Assembly (NCBI GenBank): GCA_002269645.1
Contig: NIVC01000309.1
Location: 434,001-498,000 of the forward strand
Source of the DNA: Macrostomum lignano
Taxonomy: Eukaryota
Direction of reading: 5' to 3'
DNA length: 64,000 nucleotides
Below the pieces are notes generated by a model. It saw only the letters and a program-made list of their open reading frames with translations, was not told where the DNA came from and did not search any database. A program made the translations under genes and the position numbers. Within the stretch, counting starts at the first letter, position 1. Every line of letters starts with the position of its first letter. Shown piece after piece: positions 25,828 to 39,520 of the stretch.

Positions 25828-26018
25828 GTAGCGCAGAGTCCGACCTGTACGGCGCCATCGGCGGCTGCGGCTCCAGCATCTCCTCTTCATCTACTGTGCG
25901 CGCCGGCAGTGGCGCCGGGGTTAGCGGCGCTGTCCCGCTGGTGGGACTGATTGCTGGCTCACGCCGAACTGGCAGCGGCGTCGGGGCCTCCTCTAGTGAC
26001 AGCGGCTTCATCAGCCAG
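25828..26018 (+). CDS. MTSS1: MTSS1/MIM-like, exon 5
   Basis: Ends ...SSSDSGFISQ, matching the MIM motif SSHDSGFISQ; phases consistent. Confidence 0.88.
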
Positions 26019-26391
26019 GTGAGTTTTTCAGCTCGAAAGGATTGTAGCTCTAGTGTGACTCTGGGGTGACTCTTGTGTGACTTTTTAACGACTGTTGAAT
26101 CTATGAATTCAGATTCGCATTTCGCATTTATAACAACTCTATTTAGTCTACTTGAGTTAGTAGAATGTCAAGCGCTAACAGGGCAATTCTTGGACGACTT
26201 TTTGCGCCTCTTTTACGATTCTGCAACTCGCGTGACTCAACAGTCGCCTCTCCATCGCATTGCAGTCGGTTGAGTCGTTCAAAAGCCACACAAGAGTCGC
26301 CTCAGAGCCGCCTCAGAGTCGTGAGGCAGTTTTTATATTCGTGCATTTCTCAAATCAATAAGCGGGTTTGTTTCGTCACTTTTTAAACCAG

Positions 26392-27185
26392 GAGCTTCGT
26401 CCAGCAACCGACGCTGTCGAAGGCGACCAAGAGAACGCCAACAGCGTCGCCGCTGATGCAGCCGCCGCCGTCGCCGACTCAGCCGACTATGCTGAAGCTG
26501 ACGCCGCCTCGGTGACTTCGTCAACGTTGGCAACCAGCGATACGCCGGTGGCGGCGCCGCCAGCAAACGACGTCGACCAGGATGAGCCCAGACTCCGACA
26601 TCCGCACAGGCAGCGGCAGCAGCAGCAGCAGCAGCTGTACCCGGACCAGAGTCTGCCAGCCCCGGCAGTCTACTCCAACCTCGGCGAATTGCAACGCAAC
26701 GCCGCTCGGCGTCGAAAATTCTCGTTTTCATCGACTAGCAGCAGCTCCGCCGTGGCAGCCTCCACCACCGCTGCTACGGAGACTTCGCACTCGGTTGTCG
26801 CCGCGACTCCTCCACCGAGGCCGCCGCCGCCGCTGCCGCTGCCACCACCGCCGCCACCGCCGTCGAGTCTGTCCATGGCCGCCTCGTCGGCTTCAATGCT
26901 GCGCTCAGCCGGCGGCACGGCAACTCTGCGCCGGGCCTCCGTCGATTTCTCCTCGTCGGCCTACCTGACCGCCGTAGCCGCCGCCGCTGTCGCCTCAGCA
27001 TCCTCTGCCGGATCGACATCGGCGTCGACTGCCGGAGTCGTCCCGGTTCCGCCGCCGACTGTGCCGTTCTGGCAGCGCCAGATCTCAGAGCCTCCGCCGC
27101 CGCCGCCTCCACCGCCTCCTCATAGCAACAGCCGCCTGCTCAGCAGTCAGAATCGGCGCTTCTTCCAGCAGCAGCAGCAGCACCA

Positions 27186-27218
<33 letters not shown>

Positions 27219-27444
27219 GCAACAGCAGCATTATCAGTCCTTGTCCTTCCGAAGATTCATCGGTTCGTTTGGATCTTCCTCCTCCGCTTCTTCATTCAGT
27301 GCTGGGCAGTCAGTTAGTAGTAGCAACTATAGTACTAGCAGTTTTACTAATAGTAATAATAGTAGTAATAATAATAATATTAATAGTATCAACGATGGCG
27401 CTTTGACACCAACGTCACCTCCGCCTCCGCCTCCTGGATTCTGA
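26392..27444 (+). CDS. MTSS1: MTSS1/MIM-like, terminal exon (Pro/Ser/Gln-rich tail)
   Basis: aaaccag acceptor, phase 0, open to TGA (PPPPPGF*). Confidence 0.75.
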
Positions 27445-27664
27445 ATTTGATCGCTGATTTATTGACTGATTCTTTTAGTAGAAGAAGAATACGAAGATAT
27501 GCCAGTCTAGCTTGTGTTTTCAGACCGCGCAGGTTGCGGCCTGTGTTTGCACTGGCAGTTTGAAAACCTTCTTTTGCCAATTCTTTGGACTATTTTGATC
27601 CATCTAATTCACCTAATAATCCGTGAAAGCTGGTAACATGCAGCTTCATTTTATTTGAATGTAG

Positions 27665-28430
27665 CTCTGTCTCTCGTGTCTCTCTTGTGCCTCTCTCGTG
27701 TCTCTCGTGTCTCTCTCGTGCCTCTCTCGTGTCTCTCGTGTCTCTCTCGTGCCTCTCTCGTGTCTCTCGTGTCTCTCTTGTGCCTCTCTCGTGTCCCTCG
27801 TGTCTCTCCTGTCTCGTGTCTCTCGCGTCTCTCGTATCTCTCGTGCCTCTCTCGTGTCTCTCGTATCTCTCCTGTCTCGCTCGTGTCTCTCGTGTCTCTC
27901 TTGTGCCTCTCTCGTGTCTCTCGTGTCTCTCTCGTGCCTCTCTCGTGTCTCTCGTGTCTCTCTCGTGCCTCTCTCGTGTCTCTCGTGTCTCTCTTGTGCC
28001 TCTCTCGTGTCCCTCGTGTCTCTCCTGTCTCGTGTCTCTCGCGTCTCTCGTATCTCTCGTGCCTCTCTCGTGTCTCTCGTATCTCTCCTGTCTCGCTCGT
28101 GTCTCTCGTGTCTCTCTTGTGCCTCTCTCGTGTCTCTCATATCTCTCGTGTCTCTCGTGTCTCTCGTATCTCTCGTGTCTCTCGTATCTCTCGTATCTCT
28201 CTCGTGTCTTTCTAGTGTCTCTCGTATCTCTCGTGTCTCTCGTGTCTCTCGTGTCTCTCGTGTCTCTCGTATCTCTCGTATCTCTCTCGTGTCTCTCTAG
28301 TGTCTCTCGTATCTCTCGTGTCTCTCGTATCTCTTGTGTCTCTCATATCTCTCGTGTCTCTCGTATCTCTCGTGTCTCTCGTATCTCTCGTGTCTCTCGT
28401 ATCTCTCGTATCTCTCGTGTCTCTTGTGCC
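27665..28430. repeat. (tctctcgtg)-type repeat with a roughly 216-bp higher-order duplication
   Basis: Variant gtgtccctcg recurs at 27791 and 28007. Confidence 0.9.
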
Positions 28431-28909
28431 TCTGCTGTCTTTGGTTGTCTTTGGTATCCAGTGATGTCTGCTCAAAATTCGCACCTGATCTGTGTATTTA
28501 TACGTAGCTTTTTATTTGAATTTACTAATTAATGTCCACACAGTCATATCATATAATCAATGCGGATATAAGTATCAGGCAAAAGTTTATTTGTGGTCTT
28601 GAACAGTTGTTAAAATTATTTTATGCTAATAGTTATTGGTTAGATAGTGTACAAACTCTATCTACTAATTCCTGTTTGTAGTTAACTGTGTTTTCTTTGC
28701 TTAGCATAATTGAAATAATTCAATTCCTTCTATTAACTGCACTTCTCGCTTTCTCAAATCCAAATTTAAGTTTTTTGTTCAATCAATAATGCATTTTTGT
28801 GTGTACTTTCTTTTTTACTAATCATATTTATTAAGCTATGCACTTTTACACGTGCCGGGGCATTTTTAAAGGAATCTCTTTAATCTGTATTTGGTATTCA
28901 CGTAATTAT

Positions 28910-29620
28910 TACAATCCATTGGGCAGGGGGTAGCTGGGTATCTACAATTCATAGAGCAGGGGGTAGCTGGGTATCTACAATCCATAGAGCAGGGGGTAGC
29001 TGGGTATCTACAATCCATAGGGCAGTGGGTAGCTGGGTATCTACAATCCATTAGCTGGGTATCTACAATCCATAGAGCAGTGGTTAGCTGGGTAGCTACA
29101 ATCCATAGAGCAGGGGGTAGCTGGGTAGCTACAATCCATAGAGCAGGGGGTAGCTGGATATCTACAATCCATAGGGCAGGGGGTAGCTGGGTATCTACAA
29201 TCCATAGAGCAGGGGGTTGCTGGGTATCTACAATCCATAGAGCAGGGGGTAGCTGGGTAGCTACAATCCATAGAGCAGGGGGTAGCTGGGTAGCTACAAT
29301 CCATAGAGCAGGGGGTAGCTGGGTATCTACAATCCATAGAGCAGGGGTAGCTGGGTAGCTACAATCCATAGAGCAGGGGTAGCTGGGTATCTACAATCCA
29401 TAGAGCAGGGGGTAGCTGGGTATCTACAATCCATAGAGCAGGGGGTAGCTGGGTAGCTACAATCCATAGAGCAGGGGGTAGCTGGGTATCTACAATCCAT
29501 AGAGCAGTGGTTAGCTGGGTAGCTACAATCCATAGAGCAGGGGTAGCTGGGTAGCTACAATCCATAGAGCAGGGGTAGCTGGGTATCTACAATCCATAGA
29601 GCAGGGGTAGCTGGGTATCT
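28910..29620. repeat. 32/33-bp minisatellite (agctgggtatctacaatccatagagcagggggt)n
   Basis: Direct reading. Confidence 0.95.
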
Positions 29621-29690
29621 ACCAACAAGGATCGCGGCAGACCCCTTCGTATTTTTCTATTTTTTCTTAGTTTGTATTTTCTCTAAAAGA

Positions 29691-29977
29691 GGGGTTGTAC
29701 CTAGTGGTAAGCTAGCATCGAAATCACGACTTGAAAGTCGGGGGTTCGATTCTCGACGAAGTCGGAACAATTTGTGTCCTTGAGCAAGACACTTAACTCT
29801 GTAAAAATGGGTGCCAGCATTAGCTGGGGTAATTGAGGGTGTGTGTGGTGACCCCCCAGTCCTTGGACTGAACAGCCGTACGCAGCCTTCAGATGCGCCG
29901 CGCAATAGCTGCGGTTGAGCTGTCGGTTGCACATCTGCCCATTAGGCCAGGTGTAATAAAAAATAATAATTATTATT
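29691..29977 (+). mobile_element. tRNA-derived SINE with a CORE-like central motif
   Basis: Box A TACCTAGTGG, box B GGTTCGATTC, TGTCCTTGAGCAAGACACTTAAC, (AAT)-rich tail; related copy at 49778-49917. Confidence 0.8.
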
Positions 29978-30509
29978 TTGTCCAAACTTGTTACAGATGT
30001 GCATTAAAGGTGTCTACAAAAATCTACCTCATTTTGACGCGGCGGAATCTTCAATCATTTAATCTGTTCGAATTTTCTGTAGTAGTTCATATTTATTCAT
30101 TAAACTTTTTGCTTTTTGAGCCGCATTTTGCACCAAAGTTTCTGCACTGCGCTGCATGTCTGCAATCATCGGGCAATCATATCTCATCATTTTTATCAGA
30201 GAAAAATTCACAATTTAAAATTAGTTGCTTTAGCATAAAAATGCAACCTTTTTTTCTTTTTTTTTCACGAACGTTTTTCACGTGCATATTTTATCATCCT
30301 TTCTACTTGCAGTAGCTTGAAAGTGAATGTTGAACAAATTCTAGATTTTTTAATTCCTCGTTTTTTATTCATGTTCAATGTTGAATGAGAATATATTGTG
30401 CACTGTGTTCAGGATTATAGCACTGTTTGTGCTTAGTGACTCCGTTGGTTCGATCCATAATCCTTTGAGATGTTCTCTTGCTTCACGTTATTTACTCGCG
30501 CTTCAGGCA

Positions 30510-30955
30510 TGCCAGATCCTCAGTTGCTTGGCCAGCCTCCCAGATCCTCAGTTGCTGGACCAGGTTCCCAGATCCCCAGTTGCTGCGCCAGCCTCCAGAG
30601 TGTCAGTTGCTGGGCCAGCCTCCCAGAGCGTCAGTTGCTGGGCCACAGCCTCCCAGATCCTCAGTTCCTGGTCCAGCCTCCCAGATCCCCAGTTGCTGGG
30701 CCAGCCTCCCAGATCCCCAGTTGCTGGGCCAGCCTCCCAGATCCTCATTTGCTGGGCCAGCCTCCCAGATCCTCAGTTGCTGGACCAGCCTCCCAGATCC
30801 TCAGTTGCTGGGCCAGCCTCCCAGATACTCAGTTGCTGGGCCAGCCTCCCAGATCCTCAGTTACTGGGCCAGCCTCCCAGATACTCAGTTGCTGGGCCAG
30901 CCTCCCAGATCCTCAGTTGCTGGGCCAGCCTCCCAGATCCTCAGTTGCTGAGCCG
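30510..30955. repeat. 28-bp minisatellite (gggccagcctcccagatcctcagttgct)n
   Basis: Direct reading. Confidence 0.95.
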
Positions 30956-32169
30956 CCACCAGCCTCCCATTCGGAGTACAGGCTGCCGATTCTGAATAAT
31001 AGGGGGAGAAATGTTTATCAGGCATTAGTATCGAGTACGATTTTATCAGTGAGTTTGCTTGATATCTACATGTATTATCACTGTGACCTAGTTTTCTGCA
31101 TGCCAAAAAGAGAAAAAAGGTTTATTATATTTATTGCATTAGCTCTATGATTGTGTAATTTCTACAGAAGCACTCGCAGTGATTGGGTTGCTCAGAGAGG
31201 CGGTACATGCAGGCACAGAGCGCACACTGAAATGCAGCAGTGGATTTACACCGCGTATCTGCGTGTTTTTAGTAGTACGAGGTTAGAATTTGATCATGCC
31301 GTTAGATAACAGTTCGTCACCTGTGTGAACCTGGTTCTCTCTATCTTATCAGCTGCATGTGTGGATCGGAGTTTGAACACACAAACCTTTGACACTGCGT
31401 CTCGGGTTAACAAAAGAGGTTCTTCAATGAGATTTTTTTCTATATAAAGCTGGCCTCTAGGAGCAGAAAGAAGGCATTTGCAGAAATGATATTTTAGTAG
31501 GTTTAACAATTGCGATTAGTTCTGCATCTGGTCTGCTTTGATCGCTGAGTTTCCGGTGAGTTGAGTCATCTGAGAAAGCAGGCAAATATATATTGAAAAA
31601 GTCCATTTTTATTTACTTTATTATTATCAAAGACAATCAGCTGATAATATTCCTCCAGCCCACTCATAGTAGAATCTGCTGGAATGTCGCTCTTTGCTAA
31701 TAAAATTTATTATATTATTAATAACTTCAACCCTAAACCTAAAGCATAGCCCTAACCCTAACCTTAGACCCGGCTCATCTCTGGGGATGGGTTGACAGGC
31801 TGCGTACGTACTAATAATATTCAATCATTCCACTGCTCCCGCTAATCAATAATTCTATCTGCAGCCTCCCCAGCGCCTGCTCCATCAAATTTTGAAGATA
31901 ACGAGGACAAAAAATTTATGAAAAAAATGGTGAGCCTTTAGTTCTATAGCCGCTATTCAAATCAGCAGTTGATGGATGTGGGACGAAATTGCAGTCAGAA
32001 AAATTAACAGAAAAAAAACTGCGCGCTGAGAAGGCTGTGGGCTCCGCGTTGGAGTTTTCCCTTCCCCAAATAAATTTACGGTGTTAAAAAAAACAAAAAA
32101 ATGAAGACTGACAAAAATTAAATTGATTTTTTTAGCTCTAAAGTTTTTTCTACGAAATGGCTTAGTTAA

Positions 32170-32995
32170 AAATTGAAGTGCCACTTGTTAGAATTGAAGT
32201 GCCACTTGTTGGAATTGAAGTGCCACTTGTTGGAATTGAAGTGCCACTTGTTGGAATTGAAGTGCCACTTGTGAGACCGAGAGAGCCACTTGTTGAAACT
32301 GAAGTGCCACTTGTTGGAATTGAAGTGCCACTTGTTGGAATTGAAGTGCCACTTGTTGGAATTGAAGTGCCACTTGTTGGAATTGAAGTGCCACTTGTTG
32401 GACCGAGAGAGCCACTTGTTAGACAGAGAGAGAGCCACTTGTTAGACAGAGAGAGCCACTTGTTAGACAGAGAGAGAGCCACTTGTTAGACAGAGAGAGA
32501 GCCACTTGTTAGACAGAGAGAGCCACTTGTTAGACCGAGAGAGCCACTTGTTAGACAAAGAGAGAGCCACTTGTTAGACAGAGAGAGAGCCACTTGTTAG
32601 ACAGAGAGAGCCACTTGTTAGACAGAGAGAGCCACTTGTTAGACAGAGAGAGAGCCACTTGTTAGACAGAGAGAGCCACTTGTTAGACAGAGAGAGCCAC
32701 TTGTTAGACAGAGAGAGCCACTTGTTAGACAGAGAGAGAGAGAGCCACTTGTTAGACAGAGAGAGCCACTTGTTAGACAGAGAGAGCCACTTGTTAGACA
32801 GAGAGAGCCACTTGTTAGACAGAGAGAGCCACTTGTTAGACAGAGAGAGAGCCACTTGTTAGACAGAAAGAGAGAGAGCCACTTGTTAGACAGAGAGAGC
32901 CACTTGTTAAACAGAGAGAGCCACTTGTTAGACAGAGAGAGCCACTTGTTAGACAGAGAGAGCCACTTGTTAGACAGAGAGAGCCACTTGTTAGA
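32170..32995. repeat. Two related ~21-bp minisatellites sharing gccacttgtt
   Basis: gccacttgttggaattgaagt grading into gccacttgttagacagagaga. Confidence 0.95.
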
Positions 32996-33194
32996 CTGGG
33001 AGCAACATTATATTGTCGATTAAATTGTGGGATTTCCTTATTTAGCCAAGCGCCTCTGCCACGGAGTTTCCCTTCTGCCAGCTGTTGCTATTTTTAGCAT
33101 CACCGCCCACCACCATTCCTCCGCGCGCACGCAGATCGATATCGCTAATCGCAGTCGCAGCCGCACCCCCATTAGCCAGCAAGCCAGCTGTCCA

Positions 33195-34055
33195 ATGTTC
33201 AGCGCCCACGGAGGTGCTTCTGTAGACGCGGCCGCTGCGGCATCCAATCACTGGCGCTACCCCAAACAGCCGGTCGACCACGGCAGACACTGCGTTGACT
33301 ATTTCAGCGACAACGAAGACGAAGACGAGGCGTCGGAGGCGTCGGAGATGGACGACACTGACGAAGCTTTCATCCCCGAGGAGCCCAATGAAAAGGGCAG
33401 CGTGTACTATAGCCCGGCAAGTCGAACGGCTGTTCCAACGGAGGACGTCGCCGAGTTGAGTCATCAGAGTCGGCAGAATCGGCCGCGCCACCGGCGCCAA
33501 CGTCGGGTGCTGCTGAATGTCGGCGGCGAGCGGCACGAGGTTCTGTGGAGCACGCTAAACCGCATGCCAAGGTCCCGTCTGTGCCGCCTGCGCAGGGCGA
33601 GGACTCAGGAGGAGATCCTTGAGCTGTGCGACGACTTTCATCCTGGGCACCGCAGTCGTCATCAGCAGCAGCAGCAGCAGCTCCGCAGTCGGCAGCGTCG
33701 GCGTCACCAGCAGCAGTACGACGAGTACTACTTCGACAGGCACCCGAAGATGTTCCACCCGATTTTGAACTTCTACCGCACCGGCAAGCTGCATCTGAAC
33801 GAGGACGCCTGCGTCATCGCCTTCGACGCCGAGCTGAAGTACTGGGGCATCAGGGAGGAGTGCTTCGACCTCTGCTGCCAGCAGAAGTACCACCACAAGA
33901 AGGAGACCGCGGAGGACGAGATTCGCAAAGACATGGAGGCGGTGCGCTGGAACCAGCGGAGCATCCAGCTGGACTTCGGGCCGGGCCGCTACGGCGAGAT
34001 CAAGAGGTCCGTCTGGAACCTGATGGAGGAGCCGCAGACCTCCAGGCCTGCCAGG
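33195..34055 (+). CDS. Shab: Shab/Kv2 voltage-gated K+ channel, exon 1 (T1 domain)
   Basis: RVLLNVGGERHEVLWSTLNRMPRSRL...EYYFDRHP...LNFYRTGKLH...CCQQKYHHKKE...VWNLMEEP; donor gtgagt. ATG choice uncertain. Confidence 0.92.
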
Positions 34056-35000
34056 GTGAGTCTGCAGGTTCTCTGTTGGTGCGAAAGTGTCACTGCGACA
34101 CCTGACTTTAGCATTAGGAAACTGAGGGATTAGGAAACTAAGGGATTAGGAAACTGAGGGATTAGGGAACTACTAGATGATTACAAAACTGACGAGATTA
34201 GGAAACCGGTGAATTAAGAAAATGTGTTATTTGAAAAGAGGGAGATTGCCAGGACCATAAGGAATAACAATAATTGTGGATTAGGAAGCTAGTTGGCTAG
34301 GAAACTAGAATATTAGGAATCCAAGGTGTTATAAAATCAAGGAAGCAGTTAATTAAACATTGACAGAGACAATATCCGCTGTGTAAAACAGGTGCCTACA
34401 GGAACTTTTGCAGCACCAATATCCTTTAGAAATGGAATGGAAACAAACAGCCAAGAAAATCGATAAATTAGTCGACACTTCCTCATGCCAAGCCGAAGGA
34501 AATTCCAAAATCTATCAAAAGTACAAAAACTCAGCGGGAAAGAGAGGCCATTGAAAAATAATTTTTTTCTCTCAAGCTCCAACCTTTAAATGCGAAGTGG
34601 ATAGCGAACTCACATAAATAACTACAGAGGCTCAGTCCAGGAGTAGCACTTAGAAGCACTTGAACTGCCTTGAATTTCTTTCATAGATCTCTACAGTGAA
34701 ATTTGGTTCACATGTAGGCCTAGGAATGTCTCTGGCTGCATTCAGGTTAAATTAATCAGTGTTGATGGGTTCTCAGAAATCCCCTGCTGTCAGCTGCCGC
34801 GGCTCCTGCATGGCGGCTGCTGCTGATGGTCTCCCAGCACCGCCTGTCATCTGCCGGAATGCATTTTCTATTCGACGAAATTTTTGTAACAGCTGAAAAA
34901 TGGCTGCAGCTGAAAGCTATGGTTCTCCTTTTTTAACCTCTGCATTATTTATTGATGCGAAGACAGCAAGACGGGCGCCGGGATAGGCAGGCAGGGAGGG

Positions 35001-35545
<545 letters not shown>

Positions 35546-36159
35546 GCTCCGGAGTTCATCTATCCAGCAACCCATATAGTGAGCGCTGTCAGCAGCTCAC
35601 AGCTGCAGAATAGGTCGCAGACAGAGGCCGTCCTCATCCAACCGCGCACACCCGCGGCAGCAGTGCAGGGAATGCAAATGACTGCCGTATATCAGTGGAA
35701 ATTGCCGCCAGGCTGGCAGTTCATTTTTAGTAGAGAAAGCTCGCAGTCGAGTCACGCGGCCAGAGCACTGCAGCTGTTCTGGTATTCGGAAGCAGTCACG
35801 CTGACGAGTCAACTGCGCTCGCTTGCTCCTCCCCCCTGGGGACGCGCCACAGCAGAAGCGGCTGCTCAAGCCCTGTAGTGCTTACAACAACCGTTTGTCC
35901 GCTTGTGTGGCGCAATTAAAAAAAGCAGGCTTAAAATCGAATCTCTACTAGCGGTGGCTGGCTGAAAGTGGGTATGGGCAATTATATGAGTGCCAATTAT
36001 GAGGGCTAATTAGTTCATAGTTTGTGGGTGGACTCGCGCTTTCAAATTGGAACAAATTTTCCATCAAGTTTTTAAATAGCTCCGACTCATTAGAGTTGCT
36101 GTTTCGGAAATCGACGTTGCGGGACTTTATTTTAATAAATGAGTATCATACACGCTGCA

Positions 36160-36685
36160 TTGGGTGTCAGGAGTGCCACAATTGGGGTGTCAGGAGTGCC
36201 ACAATTGGGGTGTCAGGAGTGCCACAATGGGGGTATCAGGAGTGCTAGAATATGGGGTGTCAGGAGTGCCACAATTGGGGTGTCAGGAGTGCCACAATGG
36301 GGGTATCAGGAGTGCTAGAATATGGGGTGTCAGGAGTGCCACAATTGGGGTGTCAGGAGTGCCACAATGGGGGTATCAGGAGTGCTAGAATATGGGGTGT
36401 CAGGAGTGCCACAATTGGGGTGTCAGGAGTGCCACAATGGGGGTATCAGGAGTGCTAGAATATGGGGTGTCAGGAGTGCCACAATTGGGGTGTCAGGAGT
36501 GCCACAATGGAGGTATCAGGAGTGCCACAATGGGGAATCAGGAGTGCTACAATGGGAGTGTCAGGAATGCCACAATGGGGTGTCAGGAGTGCTACAATGG
36601 GGTGTCAGGAGTGCTACAATGGGGTGTCAGGAATGCCACAATGGGGTGTCAGGATTGCTACAATGGGGGTGTCAGGAGTGCTAAA
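36160..36685. repeat. ~23-bp minisatellite with a 70-bp higher-order period
   Basis: Identical blocks at 36252, 36322, 36392 and 36462. Confidence 0.92.
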
Positions 36686-37607
36686 AGGACCCAATTTCTG
36701 ATGCTTTTAAGGTAGGTTATCTGAAGGGAGCATTGGGATTTTTCTCCTTTTTATGGGATTTCTTCACAAATACGGTCTGCTGATCTTGTGAGCTTTTAGA
36801 ATTTATGCGGCACCCGTGTATCGCAGCGCCAATCCATCAGAGGAGGCATACAATTGATGAGGCATGCCTGATACCCCTATAGACCCTAGTTACGATGGAG
36901 GGCAGCTCAAACGTGATGCAGTTACAGCCTCTCCGCCAACTCTACCTCACACTCTGCCCTAACCCGGGTAATCATGTAGCCATTGAAAAAAACTAATAAC
37001 TAGACTGTTTTCTCTTCACTGTTTCTTTCCGATTGGCAATTATAAAAAGTTGCGAGGGCGCGAAGATGCTGCATGCACTTGAATCACATGCTCCAGATGG
37101 TTAGGGAGCTTTGCATATTTCTGAGGCACTGGCTGCATAGCAGCTTGGGCCATCTGTCACTGCTGGGATGGCCTCTCCACAGCTACTGCTATGCGGCTAT
37201 GCGTACAGTATAAGGCTAGTTTGTTATAGTCAACAAATGATGCGGTTGGCTGTTCCTTAGTTAATCCAGAGTTATCAATTCTACCCTGCACGCTGAGGGC
37301 TTTGGGTATTCGATTTCTAGGGTAGCCAGCCTGCGCAGACTCCGACCGCGTGCTTCATCAGGCACTCCACTTGGCAGCGGCGAATTCCAGGGCGAAGGAA
37401 AGGCGGACAGTCGGCGTGTAAATAATTTCAAGCTGCCAGCGGGCGGAACCCGTGGTGTACTTTTATTGACAAGGAGAAAATTGGGAACTGAGAGATTCAG
37501 TCAAGACAGGGGGGACACAGGTCATTGACCTCTGAATTGCAAATTCAATTTTTTTGCGGAGAAATCTCAAAGGCATTGAAATGACATGCAGGCCGGGGAG
37601 CGTTAAT

Positions 37608-37743
<136 letters not shown>

Positions 37744-39405
37744 CGTTTGAAAAAACCTCTCACGCAGTGGCAGCTCTAACCAAGGTAACTGAGAAATAAA
37801 TAAGATAGTCACAAAGGTCAAAAAATATAAGAATTATGGTAAACCGATATTTCGGCCGTGAAATGGCCTTCGTCAGGGTTTTACAATAGTATAATTGTGC
37901 TATAAAATGGAACGAAGTTTATATTGTAAGTGGGAAATAAAATGTATTGTGAGTTAGTTTATAAAATCAAATAGCGTCTCCGTCGCACGTTGCTCAATAG
38001 TGCTCACTCTGAAAGTTTAATCAATACCATCAGTGAGGGCAGGCAGTTTTGAGGGGCAAAGAATGTCCTTTAGAGAGGGTGCTCGAGTGTACGCAGCAAC
38101 AGTTTCCAACCCATGTGCATGGTTTGAGAGAACAGTGCGAATTTCGTGTACAATATTAGTCGATCTATCCGTAAAAGGAATAACTATTGGGATACAAGCG
38201 CTTGTGTTGCTGTTAATTGTATTGAGGCCTGCAGGTGACTGCGTGCTCAGCAGGGAGATGAGTTTCTGTTCCATGACCCTGCGTCTGCGTAGCGCTCCTT
38301 CTTTGCTGGTCTCGTTCTCGGTGCTGAGATACCAGAGCCCCATGAAGCGAAGATCGTCGAGGCAGTGATTCGGAGAGCAAAAATGTCTGCTAACAGGGGT
38401 GTCCTTAGCGAGCCTAATGTCACTTAGGTGGGCCTGGAGTCTGACCTTGCTAGCTCCACCTGTTTCGCCGACATAAATGCAACGGCCATTGCAGGTGTTG
38501 CAAAGAATTGCGTAGACCGCGCACCTGGAGTCACAGCGGACCTTCTGGCAAATTCTGTAGGCCATTTTAGTTGCTGTGGAACCGGGACAAACTTGGCCAA
38601 AGCAGCCGTGTCGTCGGCATACAGCACAGTCTCGGTTTCTGCAGTCTTGAAAGCCGAAAGCCCACTGAAAATCTATGTAAAGTCCAAGTTGTATGAGAGC
38701 TGACTTTTTAGCGTCTCGGATCAAGCGGACCGAGTGTCCCTGCTTTTTAAGGATGCTCATCAGGCTGCTGCTAGCCTTGTCAAAGTCCTCTTTGAAGGTG
38801 CAGCGGCGAGCGTAGCGGAGAAACTGGGATTTCATGATGCCTTTGAATGTGTGCTTTGGGTGAAAATAATTCGGGTTCAATAATTGGCGGGAATCCGTGG
38901 GTTTGAAGTAGATCGAGCAGGTTAATCTCTTCCTGTTGTCTTCGTTAGTCAAAGAGACACAGCAGTCCAAAAAGTTGATTTTATCTCTACTGTATTGCAT
39001 TGTGAGGCGTATGTTATTGTCGCAGCTGTTCAGATGTCTGTGTAGCTGCTCCAGTTGTGCCTCCGTCCTGATGAAAGTCATGAAAATATCATCAATGTAG
39101 CGCTTGTAAAAATGAGGGGCAAAAGGAGCTGTGTTCAAAGCTTTGGACTCCCAATCGGACATGAAAATATTGGCATAGGATGGAGCAAAAGATTTTCCCA
39201 TGCTTGTGCCCTTAACCTGCAGATAGCGTTTTTCGTTGAACACCATGTCATTCTTAGTCAGATTGATGTCAAGGAGCTCCAGTAGTTTCTCGTCAGGTCT
39301 TGATGGTTGAGGAAAGTTTTGAAAAGCGTCCCTAACAGCTTTAATCCCCTTATCCGTAGGTATGTTCGTGTACAAGGATTCGACATCCATTGTGACCAGG
39401 AAGAC
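37744..39405 (-). mobile_element. 5'-truncated Penelope-like element (RT + GIY-YIG, Neptune-type)
   Basis: Uninterrupted frame 39405-38017: DVESLYTNIP, GTSMG, RYIDD, FLD, linker CRNRDCAVC, VYAILCNTC...YVGETG, R..AH; both ends abut (GATA)n. Confidence 0.93.
37841..37881 (-). ncRNA. Minimal type I hammerhead ribozyme motif in the PLE 3' terminal region
   Basis: AAACC-CTGACGA-A-GGCC(atttcac)GGCC-GAAA-TAT-C-GGTTT; stem I AAACC/GGTTT, loopless palindromic stem III ATAT. Confidence 0.72.
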
Positions 39406-39442
<37 letters not shown>

Positions 39443-39481
39443 TATAGATAGATAGATAGATAGATAGATGGATAGATAGAT
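39406..39481. repeat. (AGAT)n, 5' flank of the Penelope-like element
   Basis: Ends about 40 bp before the Kv exon 2 acceptor. Confidence 0.95.
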
Positions 39482-39520
39482 CGTTCGTTCAACAATCCCT
39501 TCAATATGCCACCCGTTCAG

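Noticed and set aside
31730-31770. TAACCC hexamers as an interstitial telomere
   Set aside because: Only two or three degenerate units; more likely part of a small repeat element whose ends I could not define.
35579-35878. LPPGW as a WW domain
   Set aside because: The downstream aromatic pair and second Trp are absent, and there is no splice support.
38017-39504. 495-aa ORF as a complete PLE protein
   Set aside because: The first ~33 residues come from the (TCTA)n flank; the real element is 5'-truncated at about 39405.
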